Below, one piece after another: positions 42,396 through 53,570 of a DNA stretch of 64,000 nucleotides. This DNA is from Alphaproteobacteria bacterium (GTDB lineage Bacteria > Pseudomonadota > Alphaproteobacteria > UBA828). The stretch is from the NCBI GenBank assembly GCA_965214705.1, contig CBDCCI010000002.1:1728001-1792000 (forward strand). Direction: 5' to 3'. A program made the translations under genes and the position numbers. Under the pieces are notes generated by a model. It worked only from the letters and a program-made list of their open reading frames with translations, ran no database searches and was not told the origin of the DNA. Within the stretch, counting starts at the first letter, position 1; each line of letters begins with the position of its first letter.

Positions 42396-44555
42396 CCCAA
42401 GTTGGCACTTTTCCGCTGCCTGTGTTCCCTATTGGTTTGATTCAACGCGATATTTTTCTCGGTCGATTCCAACATGGCCCCACATTTTGTGAGATTCTGT
42501 CAGCTCATCAGACGGGTCCTCGTGCGGTGGATGGCGGGGTCCACGCCCGCCGCCGAGGAGATTGCGGCAACCTCGGCGGCCGGGCGCGTGTCCTGGCGGT
42601 TGACGATCAAGGTGCCGTCGGTCTGGCGCAGGCGCGTGGTGATCCGCACCCAGGTCCGCATGCTCTCGCGGATCGACGCCCAGCACTTGTGGATGCCGCG
42701 CGCGGCCAGCCGGGTACGGATCAGATGCACGGCGTGGTAGGCCAGCACGGCGATCAGCAGGTGGGCCGCGATGCGCCGGTCGAGCTGGTGCCAGATCGGG
42801 CGAAGGCCGAGCTCGGATTTCAGGCTCCGGAATGTCGCCTCGATATCCGTGATCCGCCAGTACGTCCGCAGGACCGTCTCGATGTCCCAGTCGACGTGGC
42901 TGGTGCGCAGCACATAGGCACCGGCGCCCTCATCGGCCTCGTCGTATCGCGGCCTGCGCTTGAAGCGCACGGCGGTGGCATTGGGGCCGGTTTTCGCCCT
43001 CTCGACCGTGATCTCGTAGTGCCTGGCGACGGCGGAGAAGCGCTGCTTGAGGTGGCCTATGCTCTCCAGCACCTTGTCGTAGCGCTTGAGGCGGCCCTTG
43101 ACCGGGAGGCCGCCGTGGAGCCTTTCCAGCGCCGCCTCGAAGCGGTTCCGCCTCAGGCCGATGATCGCGTTCTCGGCCTTCTTCTTGCCCTCGCTGACGA
43201 CGTAGAGCCGCGCCTCGCCGTCCTCGCTGGCAAGCCGCCAGGCCCGCACCTCGTGGCGCGCGCTGGTGATCAGCAGGGCCTCGGGTCCGCCCTCGGGCGG
43301 CGCAGGCCTGGCACCGCGGCTGACCGCGATCCAGTCGTAGCCCTGCTCGCCCAGCCACGCGATGTTTTTCTCGGTGGCGATGCCCGCGTCCATGACCACC
43401 GTGGGCTTCGGCGCCGTGCCGCCGCACACCGCCTCGAGCCGCGCCAGCGCCTCGTGCAGCGTGCCCGGCTCGCTCACGTTGCCCGGCAGGATCTCGCAAC
43501 TGCGCGGGAAGCCCGCGCCGTCGAGCGCCAGCGCCAGCGTGATGAGGGGACAGTCGTCGCGCTTCTGCTTGGAGCGCCCGAACCTGGGAAGCTCGCCGCC
43601 CGTGTGGCCGTGGTAGTGGACGTTGGTGAGATCGTAGAAGGCGATCGTCTCGGGCAGGTCGAGCAGTGCGCGCTCACGGTTGAACAGCTCCCGCTGGATG
43701 GCGGCGCGGTGGCGCCAGAGCAGGTCGCCGATGCGGTAGAGCGTCTTGCGCCGCAGCGCCTTGCGGTCGCCCTCCAGGCCCAGGAGCTCGGCGGCCGCGC
43801 TGTCGTGGCGGAGCCAGCGGCTGGTATCACGCTCGCTGGCGGGATGGACCATCCTGGCGACGATCAGCGCGCTGGCGATGCGCCCGTCGCGGCCCTTGAT
43901 GTCGAGGCCGTGGAGGATTTCGGCGAAGCCGAGGGCGTCGAGGGCCTTGAGGCACAGGCGCTCGCAGCCGACCGTGCGCGGGTTCTCGTGCTCCAGGGTA
44001 TCGAGGTCGACGGTGGCGATGTCGGGCTTGCGCGCCTCTTCCTGCATCGCCTCGACGCGGAACCCCCTGGCCCTGAGCTTGGCGACGATGTCCTCGGCTG
44101 CGGCCCGCACATCCGCCTCGCCCTCGAACAGCGGCGGCTTGCCGTGAAGCAGCGCCTCGGCGAGTTCGGTGACGGCCTTCCACTTCTCGCGCGGCACCGG
44201 ATAGTCGGTGCCGAGATTGAGCAGCGTCCTGTGGCGCACCTTGTCGCCGACGCGCTGGGCGAGCACGAGGCGATGGCTTCGGACCGGCTGGCCGGCCTTG
44301 TCGGTGTGTGTCCTGGTTGCCTTGATGTACATGGCGGCGCCGTTTCTGCGATGCCTGTTTCGCATACACGGCGTTCGCGGCATCTGGCAAGAGGGATATC
44401 GACTCAACTCCAAAGTCCTGGCCCCACAATTGGCTTCCAGGACCACGAATGGCAAATGTGGGTCTCAGGTGTCCTCCAACCCCAACATCTAGTGGTTCAG
44501 CGCCGCAAAACTAGCTCGAACAGGCTCGGCTGGTCGGAAAAAGTGCCAACTTGGG
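42396..44555 (-). mobile_element. IS1634-family element; transposase 42500..44332
   Basis: IRs cccaagttggcactttt / aaaagtgccaacttggg; gtaa duplicated; YDLTN, GRSKQKR, VMDAG, IEATFRSLK, RPIWH. Confidence 0.93.
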
Positions 44556-47307
44556 GTAAGCGGTACGCAGACCCCATACCGGAATCTGGCTTGACTACGA
44601 CGGGGATTTCTTGAGGAGCGCCGTGAGCGCGCGAGTCATTTTGCCTCGGGCTGGAAGTTCCACGGCAGAAGCTCCTGGATGCCCGACTGCGGGTGGCCCT
44701 TGGCGATCTTCTCGAGCGTGCTCCGCATCCAGGCGTAGGGCTCGACGCCGTTCATCTTGCAGGTCTCGATCAGCGAGGCGATGCGGGCCCAGGCTTGCGC
44801 ACCCTCGTCGTTGCCGGCGAAGAGCGCGTTCTTGGCGGTGAGCTTCAGCGGCCGGATTCGGTTTTCCACCAGGTTCGAGTCGATCTCGACACGACCGTCG
44901 TGCAGGAACTCCAGCAGCCCGTCCCACTGGTTGGCGATATAGGTCAGCTTCTCGCCGAGACGCGAGCGCGGTGAGACGCGCGAGCGCTGCTCGTCGAGCC
45001 AGACACCGAAGGTGTTCACGATCGGCGCCGACTCCTCCCAACGGATCGCGCGGCGCTCCGCCGGCGGCTTGCCCCGGATCTTCTTCTCGATCGCATAGAG
45101 CTTCGCGATCCGATTCAGACCGGCCAGCGCGATCGGCGATGCGCTCGAGTCGTATACCTCTTTCAGCTTCCGTCTTACATGCGCCCAACAGAGGGCCCGC
45201 GTCACAGGGCCTTCCGCCCGGTCCGGCCGCGCCAGGATGTTGTGGCCCGAGTAGCCGTCGAGCTGCACCGTCCCCGAAAAGCCCTCCATAAGCTCGGCGC
45301 CATACTTGCCGCCGCGGCCGGGCGCATAGCGATAGACGACGCCCGGCGGGTCCGTGCCGCTCCAGTGGCGCTCGTCACGCACAAGGGTCCACATGTAGCC
45401 CGTCTTCGTCTTGCCCCGGCCCGGGTCGAGAACGCGGATCGTGGTCTCGTCCAGACCCAGGTGATCCGACTTCTTCAGCTCATCCTCCAGGCAAGCGACC
45501 ACGGGGCGCAGGTGAAACGACGCCTGGCCCACCCACGTCGCCAGCGTCGCACGGTGAACCTCGATCCCCGAGCGCTCGTAGATCTGCGACTGGCGATAGA
45601 GCGGGCAATGATCGCCGTACTTCGCGATCAGCACCTGCGCCAGAAGAGCCTCGGTGGGAAGGCCGCCCTCGACCAGAGCGGCCGGCGCCGGCGACTGCAC
45701 CACCCCGCCCCCCTTGCACTTGTTGCAGGCGTAGCGGGGGCGCACGGTCTCGATGACGGTGAACTTCGCCGGCTCATAGTCCAGCCGCTCGCTGCGGTCC
45801 TCGCCGATCTTCGTCATCTCGCCGCAGCCGCAGGGGCACATGATCGTGTCCGGCTCGATCACCTCCTCGCGCCGGTCGACCTGGGGCCCGAAGCGCACCC
45901 CGCTGCGCGACCCCCGGGAAGAGCGCCGCCGGCGCTTGCCGCCAGCCCCCTCGTCCTGCTCCTGGTCATCTGCCTCGGGCCGACCGCCGGCTTCAGCGAT
46001 CGCCGCCCAAAACTCCTCGAACGTAAGCTGGCGCTCGTCCTCGCCGAGCTTCTCGGAGCGCGGACCGAACAGCGCCTTCCTGAGCTCCTTGTTGAGATGC
46101 TCAAGCCGGCTGATCTGCTCCGCGCTCTGCGCGTTCTCGGCCTCCAGCCGTGCCGCCCGCGCTTCCGCCGTCTGCCTCGCCGCCTCCGCCGCGCCGCGTG
46201 CCTGCTCCGCTTCGCATAGGGCTGCTTCCGTCGCCCGGCGCGCCGCGCGCTCGTCGTCAAGCTCCGCATGCAGGGCCGCCAGCGCCGCCGAAACCACCGC
46301 AGGCGACGGCGAACCGGCGCTGCTGAGGGGTGAGGGCGTGACCTTCGGCATGGGCCACCCCTTAATCCGATTCGCCAATGCATGACCAGGGAAAAGTGCA
46401 GGCGGGACCGCGACCGAAATCTGCGGCCCCGCCTGCGTGCCGCCTCACTCCGCCGCCAGCGGGCGGCGAACCGGGCGGGCCTTCACCCGGCGCCAGTCCA
46501 GACCCTCGAAGAGGGCCTCGAACTGGCCCTTCGTAAGGCGCATCACACCATCCTCGATCCGAGGCCAGGCGAAGCGGCCCTGCTCCAGACGCTTGTAGGT
46601 CATCACCAGACCGCTGCCGTCCCACGCAAGGAGCTTGAGCCTGTCGCCGCGGCGCGAGCGGAAGATCACGATCACCCCGGAATAGATATCGAGGTCCAGC
46701 TCCCCCGCCGCCGTCGCCGCAAGCGCGTCGTGGCCGCGACGAAAATCAACCGGCCGCGTCGCCAACACGATGCGAAGCGAGGGGGCCGCGATCATGACGA
46801 CGCCCGGCCCAGGCCCGAGGCCACCGCAACAATCCGATCGACCGCGCTCTCCACCGGAAGGCGAACGACCACGCCTAGCGCCTCGATCGCCACCGTCCGC
46901 TCGGACGTCACGCTATCAACCACCACGGGAACAAATGGCGGTGCAGAGCCACCAATCCGAGCGCCCGGAAGAGTTCCCTCCCGCGCGCGCCGCCGCCACT
47001 TGGTCAGGGTCGTATCGCTGACGCCATGGCGGCGCGCGACCGCCGCAACCGAAGAGCCCGGCTCAAAGCTCTCCGAGACAATCCGCGCCTTCTCATCGTC
47101 CGGCCAGCGTCGCATGGGGGCCGGCTCAGACGGAGCCGGGGCGGCTCCCTCAGAAGCTGGGATCTCAACCGAAGCAACAGCGACACCGTCGCCAGATGCC
47201 AAAATCGAATCTGTCATCGCGATCTCTCCTGTGTGGCTCGTGGTCAAGGCGGAGAGTCAGCCCCGAAATCAGATCCGCTGGAAGTATGGGGGCCCGATAC
47301 CGCTTAC
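44556..47307 (-). mobile_element. IS66-family element (tnpA 46792..47217, tnpB 46445..46795, tnpC 44636..46378)
   Basis: gtaagcggta IRs; 8-bp TSD gaagaggc (42384-42391, 47308-47315); PVDFRRG, LDETT, IDSNLVENRIRP. Confidence 0.95.
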
Positions 47308-47392
47308 GAAGAGGCCTATCTGGAGTCGGTCATACACGACGGCGCGGCGGGGTATAGCGTCGTCTACGTTATCGACGGACAGAAGACGCAAG

Positions 47393-49071
47393 GGGTGTGA
47401 TTCTCGTATGGCGATATGCCAGTCGTGATGGCGCTAAAGGATATGGGCTGGTTCATTTTGGTCAAGTAGCGAGTGCCAGGACTTCGGTTGGGCTGATGTT
47501 GTCGTTAGCTGGTCCGGATCGGGCGTCCATGAGCGCATCCCATGCCCGGTCGAAGAGGCCGGATTTGATCAGGGCGCGGAAGGTCAGAACCGCCTGCCCG
47601 CCGTCGATCCGCCAGCGCATGCCCGAGCGTTTCAAGCGCTGCGCGACGAGGGTCTTGCAGGCCGCCTCGACCACACCCGAGCCGATGGCGATGCCCTCTT
47701 CCTTCAGGGCGTGGTAGCGCATCCGATGGCGGTGCTTTCGGAAGAAGGCCAGCTCGCGCTCGATCTCGGCCGGGTCCCCCTTTGCCCTGTCCAGGAGGTA
47801 GCGCAGTGCCCGGATCACCTTGTCGACGCCGCGGGGGTCGTGGCGCAGGATTTCGCGGTGCTTCTCGAACCAGTGGCGCGCCACCGCATGGTCAGAGGCC
47901 ACGCGGAGATGCTCGCAAGCGTGCCAGAAGTCGATGACCTCGGTCTCGGGCGAGAGGCTTTCGAGGAAGGTCCAGTTGTCGGCGGCCCCGTCGGCGACGG
48001 CGCCGATCCTGATCTTCGGGCTCACACGGCGGATATGGGCGACCTCGCTTGCAAGTTGCGCTTTCAGCGCGGCCTTGCCGCTCTCGGGCATACGGCCGAG
48101 ATAGAGGGTCTTCAGCCGTTGGCCCTCGGCGTCGTGGAAGGAGACCGTGCCGCAAGAGGCCTCGCGCCAGCACGCCTCGGCACGGCCGTCCTCGCCGGCC
48201 CGCAGCGCCACCATGACGCCGTCAAGGGAGACGGACGCGGTGACCGCATCGGGCGGTATGCCCTGGGTTTCACGGATGCTGGCCAGCGTCTCCGGGGCGA
48301 CGCTCTCCCAGTGCTCATGCATGCTCAGGGCCAGGCGCTGCAGCGTGCTCACCGACGGCGTCATTCCGCCCATTTTCGCGAAGAACTCCTCCGCTTCACG
48401 CGGCGTACAGTGGCCCATCATCATCAGCCCGAGCTGCGCCGCCGGCCGCGTCAGGTAGTCGTCGATGAGGCCCAGGCTCTCGTCCACCGGCACCAGCGAC
48501 GTGCTGCTCGCGCCGCTGCGATAGCGCGCACGCCGATAGGTCACGGGACCGAGCGTCGTCATGATCGTCTTCGGCGTCGCCGCCACCCGGACCCAGCTCT
48601 GTCCGTCGCGCTCGATCCGGCTCGCACCGTCGTCGCGGCTCTCGGCGAAGGCCCCAAGGAGCTTGCAACCCAAGCCGTTCATGGCGTCCCGCAGCCCCGT
48701 CTCAACCGTTTCGAACGTCTCGGCAGACGGGTCAGACCCAGCCTGTTCGCGACAGAACTCCACCACCTGGGCGACCGCTTCGGCGACTTCGGCAGGCAGG
48801 CCCAAAAGGTCGATGGACGAGGCGATGAGAGACTGCGACACTGGCATGGGAACGCTCCTGATGTTGGGTCTGATGTTGGGTTGTCGGCGCGGCATCCTAC
48901 CGCATCTCGCGGTGCGGAGCGTTCCCACCCACCACTGCTGGATGCCGCCGTTGTGACAAAATCCGGCCCTGCACCGGCCGATTGTCACGAAAACCCGATT
49001 CTGGCTGCCTACGGCCACCCGCCAATCGCGCTAAATCAATGACTTACGATCGCCATGCCAGACCTACACCC
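47393..49071 (-). mobile_element. ISKra4-like element; transposase 47462..48847
   Basis: Imperfect GGG...CCC IRs; 8-bp TSD gacgcaag; SLDG, VADGA, IDFWHA, IGSGVVE, GMRW. Confidence 0.88.
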
Positions 49072-50832
49072 GACGCAAGTCGATTTCGAGGCTGCCGACT
49101 GGGTTTGGGTTCCGCCAGTAACAGACTACTACCAAAAGACCGTCGGCGGTACGACATACGGATTTGCGCACACTCCAATGGTCGCAGACTTTAAGACCGT
49201 TCACCGGCGCTATTTTCAGCTCTTCGCGTGGGAGACGGGCGAGCTGCGAGGCTACGCGGCGCTCGGGGCACTCACGCCGTCGCAAACTCTCGTAAACCTC
49301 GGTAGTGCGACTTACCAAGGCCATATCATCGCCGAGAGACACAACAACTTTACCGACCCGGATTTCAGGGCGGTCCGCGACCTGATGTGGGGTGAGTTGA
49401 CCCTGAACGCCGACTTCTCTGCGAGCACGATATCTGGAGGCGCCCAAAACTTGTGGATTCTACCGTCAGCCGGAACTTGGACGCCGGCTCCGGATACGAA
49501 CTCGATCGCCATTTCGAACGGCGAAATCGATGGGAGTCAATTCCACGCCGAATGGGCGGGCCAGGATACCGACACGAGCTCGGCTCAGGAGGACAGCTTT
49601 CGCGGATTCGAGGGGTCGATGCTGGGCGAGTTCTACGGGCCCAACGGCGAGGAGGTCGGCGGTGTGTTCAGCGGCGAGCGCGCAGCGACCGACCAGGTCA
49701 TCAACGGCCGCTTCGGCGGCGAATCCCAGTCGGCAGCCGCGGCGCGAGCGGCGGTCCAGACCGCGGCGGGTCGCGATGAAGGCATCTCAGTGAGTCAGGA
49801 CCCTGCGGTGTACGCTGACAGTTCCAGCGACACCTTGGCGAGCTTGCTGCCGGACGGCAACACGGTCTTCGCCCCGATCACCGCGGCGCTATACAGGGAC
49901 TGGGACAACAATGAAGTCAGGCAGCCAACAAATGGTGCTGCGTTCGTGAAGTCCATTTCGAGCGACGGCGCAAACGGCTTCAACCTCACCTACGTGATCG
50001 ATGGTAGAGATACAGTGGTGAACTTCTCGACCGATACCTGGAATGAACAATGGAGCAGTTATAATGTGAACCGGAGGGGCGGTGAACTCGATATATGGCG
50101 GTTCAACGACTATTGGCTATGGGCCCATACCGGCTCCTTCTACGATGACCCGAACGACAGAACGAGCGGTTCGTCGGAATTCGCCTACTTCGATATCAAT
50201 GGATGGCAACTTGATAGGACTGGCGACCAATTCCGAGGGTACTCGGTCTACGGCGCGCAGACGCGGCCGCAGAACTTGCCAACGGGAAGCGCCACCTACT
50301 ACGGACGCATGAGCGCTAGCATGTGGCTTGGCGATAATTCGGAACCGTATCCGGGAGATAGCGAATATGTCTACGGCGCTCTGACACTAAACGCCAATTT
50401 CGACAACAACGAAGTCGACGGGCTAATTGACGATCTCTACACGCAGGTCGGTGACTTCAGTACTCCATCCGAGGCGATGGGGACCGGGAACTCGATCGAC
50501 ATTTCCAACGGCGTGATTGCGGATAGCGGGTTCTCTGCTGACTGGGCGGGCTTGGACACTGACGCCAACTCCGCTGCCGAAGACACCGTTCGCGGTTTTA
50601 CAGGAACCATGCTTGGCCAGTTCTACGGACCGGCGGCGGAAGAGGTCGGTGGCGTCATGAACGGGCACCGGCCTCCCATGGGCGACCTTCCTGACTTGTA
50701 CTTCAGCGGAGCGTTCGGAGCGTCGCAGCCCGATCCTAGCGCCCAGCAGTAGGCGAAACATTCGGTTCGCGTTCACGGCTAGACGAAGGTGTCCCCATAG
50801 TTCGGGTCACCACTGTTGTTGCCGCGTGCGCC

Positions 50833-52131
50833 TTGACGGCCTTGGTGGCTGCCGGAGCGCACGCGGAGCCCGTTGAAGCAACCGCTCAGCCTCCGGCCGC
50901 CGCGCCCGAGATTTCGGACTTGGCGGCCGGTCGCCTGCTGATGGAGGCCGGGCGCTTCGAGGATGCGCTGGCGTTCCTGAAGCAGGCCCAGCCAGCTAGC
51001 GAAGAGGAAGCGATCCAACGGCGCTTCTTGTTGGGCGCGGTCTACATGCGCTTGCGCCAGCCGCGCGAGGCTGCCGAACAATACGAAGCGATCCTCGTCA
51101 TCCGTCCCGATCTGACCCGGGTACGACTGGAGCTGGCCCGCGCGCATTACGCCGCCGGACAGGACGACAAGGCCAAGTACCACTTCCAGCTCTCCCTCGG
51201 GGACAAGTTGCCTACGTCGGTCGAGAGTGTGGTGGAAGGGTTTCTCAACGCCATCGACGCGCGCAAGCGCTGGTCGGCCTATGTCTCGATCGCCGCACTG
51301 CCGGAGACCAACGCCGTCCGCCGCACCGACAGGGAAACCGTGCAGATCGGCGGCGCGACCTTCCGGCTGAACGAGGACGCACGGGAAGCATCCGGCATCG
51401 GCACGCAGCTCTCGGTGGGCGGCGCCTTCTTTCCGACCATAGGCCCTGGCCTGCGCGGGCACTTGGCCCTCTCCACAGCCGCCAAGCTCTATGAGCAATC
51501 GGCATGGAACGACATCGCGCTCGTCAGCAAGGCCGGACTCACGCGGCTGTTCGATGGCGGCAGCGCGTCAGGTGGCGTACAATTTGGTCGCCGCTGGCAA
51601 GGCACGGCAGGGTTCCAGTCCAGCGTCGGGCCCTGGGGGAGCGTCGACTACCGCCTGTCCAACCGGACGCGCGTCAGCGCCTCCACGAGCGCCGATTACC
51701 GCAAGCACGATGAGAGGGACGGCCTGGATGGCTGGCGCGTGTCGCTCAATCCCGCCGTCCGCTACGTGCTGGACAGTCAGACCGTGCTGGAGGCGGGGCC
51801 GCAGTTCGAACTTGTCGACGCGCGCGCGGATCACCGGAGCAGCCGCCTGACCGGTCTTGGGGTCGGTATCTCGCGGGCATTCGAGAACGGGATTACGGCA
51901 TCGCTTTCCGCATCGGCCCAACTGAATGGATACCGTGGCGAGGACCCGCTGTTCGGGAAGACAAGGGAAGACCGGATTGCGTGGCTGAGCGTCAGGGTGT
52001 TGCACCGGTCCTTTCAACTTGGCGGCTTCGCGCCTTATGTAGGCTACACCTACGAGCGCAGCACCTCCAACATTTCCCTGCACAATTACGAGAACCACGG
52101 CGCGATCCTGGGCCTCACCCGAGAGTTCTGA
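50833..52131 (+). CDS. Slam-family (DUF560) outer-membrane surface-lipoprotein translocon
   Basis: N-terminal TPR (RPDLTRVRLELARA) plus beta-barrel with SNISLHNY and terminal Phe; directly downstream of the TbpB-like gene. Confidence 0.88.
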   Translation: MTALVAAGAHAEPVEATAQPPAAAPEISDLAAGRLLMEAGRFEDALAFLKQAQPASEEEAIQRRFLLGAVYMRLRQPREAAEQYEAILVIRPDLTRVRLELARAHYAAGQDDKAKYHFQLSLGDKLPTSVESVVEGFLNAIDARKRWSAYVSIAALPETNAVRRTDRETVQIGGATFRLNEDAREASGIGTQLSVGGAFFPTIGPGLRGHLALSTAAKLYEQSAWNDIALVSKAGLTRLFDGGSASGGVQFGRRWQGTAGFQSSVGPWGSVDYRLSNRTRVSASTSADYRKHDERDGLDGWRVSLNPAVRYVLDSQTVLEAGPQFELVDARADHRSSRLTGLGVGISRAFENGITASLSASAQLNGYRGEDPLFGKTREDRIAWLSVRVLHRSFQLGGFAPYVGYTYERSTSNISLHNYENHGAILGLTREF

Positions 52132-52159
52132 CAGCCGCCTCGACCTGCTCTGATGCCCG

Positions 52160-52418
52160 CGTCTGACACCGCGGGATTCAGACCCCCCCTCGCCATATCG
52201 GCGGGCCAGAGATGCGGCCTTCGGCCAACGAAAGAGCCTCGGCATCCCGGATGATGTTTCTTTCGGTGCTCAATAGCTCCGCCCACACGCGCCCCTGTCA
52301 ACGCTTGACCCTCGCCCTCGCGAGCGACGGCCCATGACTCGGGGTGGAAGTGGTGGCTCACCTTCTCCTTCCTGTTGGACTTTCACCAACTGCACTCGCA
52401 CCAGTTCGCCTGGCGCAC
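52160..52418 (-). ncRNA. Group II intron 5' fragment (domain I)
   Basis: Starts gtgcgccaggc; shares ggtgaaagtcc, attgagcaccgaaa, gccgaggc and ccgcggtgtc with 61188-61858. Confidence 0.8.
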
Positions 52419-52494
52419 ACCGTTCCCACTCCGCATCGGTGGCCATGACCGCGCGCTGGTGCCGTCCGCCGGCGTCCTCCTTCATCGTGGCCAT
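52419..52494 (-). pseudogene. RHH protein 5' part, interrupted by the group II intron
   Basis: RHQRAVMATDAEWER resembles RKQHAVMTTASEWAR at 5124. Confidence 0.65.
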
Positions 52495-52852
52495 CCGCCC
52501 GTAGGGACCTGCTGCAACCGCGACACGCGGCTACCCTTGAATGTAGAATAGATCACGAAATTCATATGGAATTCCTAGCACCAAATATTATATGCCATAC
52601 GTGTGTCCTGTCTGAATGATCCATTTTCGCCACAGGCACCATATCAGTGCTCCACAGGAAATTCCACATCTCGGCTTCCCCAAATGCAACTCACAAGAGA
52701 CACAAGATCAGCCGATGTGTCCTCCACCTTCGCTCCATTCGCCCTTGACATCACTCATAACCCACTGTAGCATAAGTCTAATACAGGAGGAAACTGCAAC
52801 CCTGCGTCCGCCCTCGTTTGCTGCAAAATTGCTTAAGGAAGTGCACACCTCG

Positions 52853-53570
52853 CGATCAGCCGATAGACGCCGAAGCGGGTGAACGGTGTCCCGAGCCGGC
52901 TGACGAACACCGCGTCATCGCCTGCGCGATCGCTGATCTCCTCCGCGAGTACGCGCTCGGTTTCCGGCCATAGCGGGCACTGGCGCGTCTTGCCGCCCTT
53001 GCCGTGCAAGGTGGCGAGATCGTGCCCGCCTTTCCGCGTTCCGATCTGCAGATCGCATACCCTCAGCTGGATGGCCTCGGACACTCTTGCGCCGGTGTTG
53101 TACAGGAAGAGCATAAGCGCGTACTCGCTCCGGCCCCGCCGGGTCTTGCGGTCGGGCGTCGCCAGCATCGCCTCCATCTCCGCCCGGGTCAGCCATCCGA
53201 CCGGCGGCGGCACCGATCTCTTCGACGCGATCGCCCGGATATGACCGCACCATTCGACATGGACCGGGTCGCGGCTGCCGACGAAGCGCGCGAAGGCCTG
53301 GATCGCAGCCAGTCGCTGATTGCGAGTCCGGACGGAGCAACCTCGATCCGTCTCGACATGGGCGAGGAACTCCCGCACGCATCCGGATGTGATGTCCCAT
53401 ACCGCGAGCCGGTCTACGGGCTTGCGCACCTTTCGGCTGACGAAGGGCAACAACAGGCGGAAGGTGTCGCGGTAGCTCTTGCGGGTGTTCCTGGCCAGAT
53501 TGCGTTCGGTGACGATGTGCTCGGTGAAGAACCGGCGGAGCCACGGGCCGAGGGTTGCGGGCTCAGGCAT
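52853..53570 (-). pseudogene. RitC tyrosine recombinase, 5' part
   Basis: RTRNQRLAAI, LYNTGARVSE, GKGGKTR; overlaps the ritB stop codon. Confidence 0.9.

Larger units (their letters stand above)
42027..50752 (+). pseudogene. TbpB-like surface lipoprotein (about 700 aa) split by three ISs (42027-42391 + 47316-47392 + 49080-50752)
   Basis: Lipobox VSAC-GGGG, MMPGDGDG repeats; rejoined EEAYLESV...GQKTQVDF; two barrels GEFYGPNGEEVGG and GQFYGPAAEEVGG. Confidence 0.88.
23275..52852 (+). mobile_element. Dual-integrase integrative element, copy 2 (29,578 bp), inserted in ritC
   Basis: Removing it plus one flanking CG restores ritC in frame (YRLIERCAAQVP); starts gcgcacctgcggtgctaa, as copy 1 does. 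Confidence 0.8.

Noticed and set aside
49055-49079. ATG at 49055 as the native start of the 565-aa ORF
   Set aside because: It lies inside the ISKra4 inverted repeat; the true start is 42027
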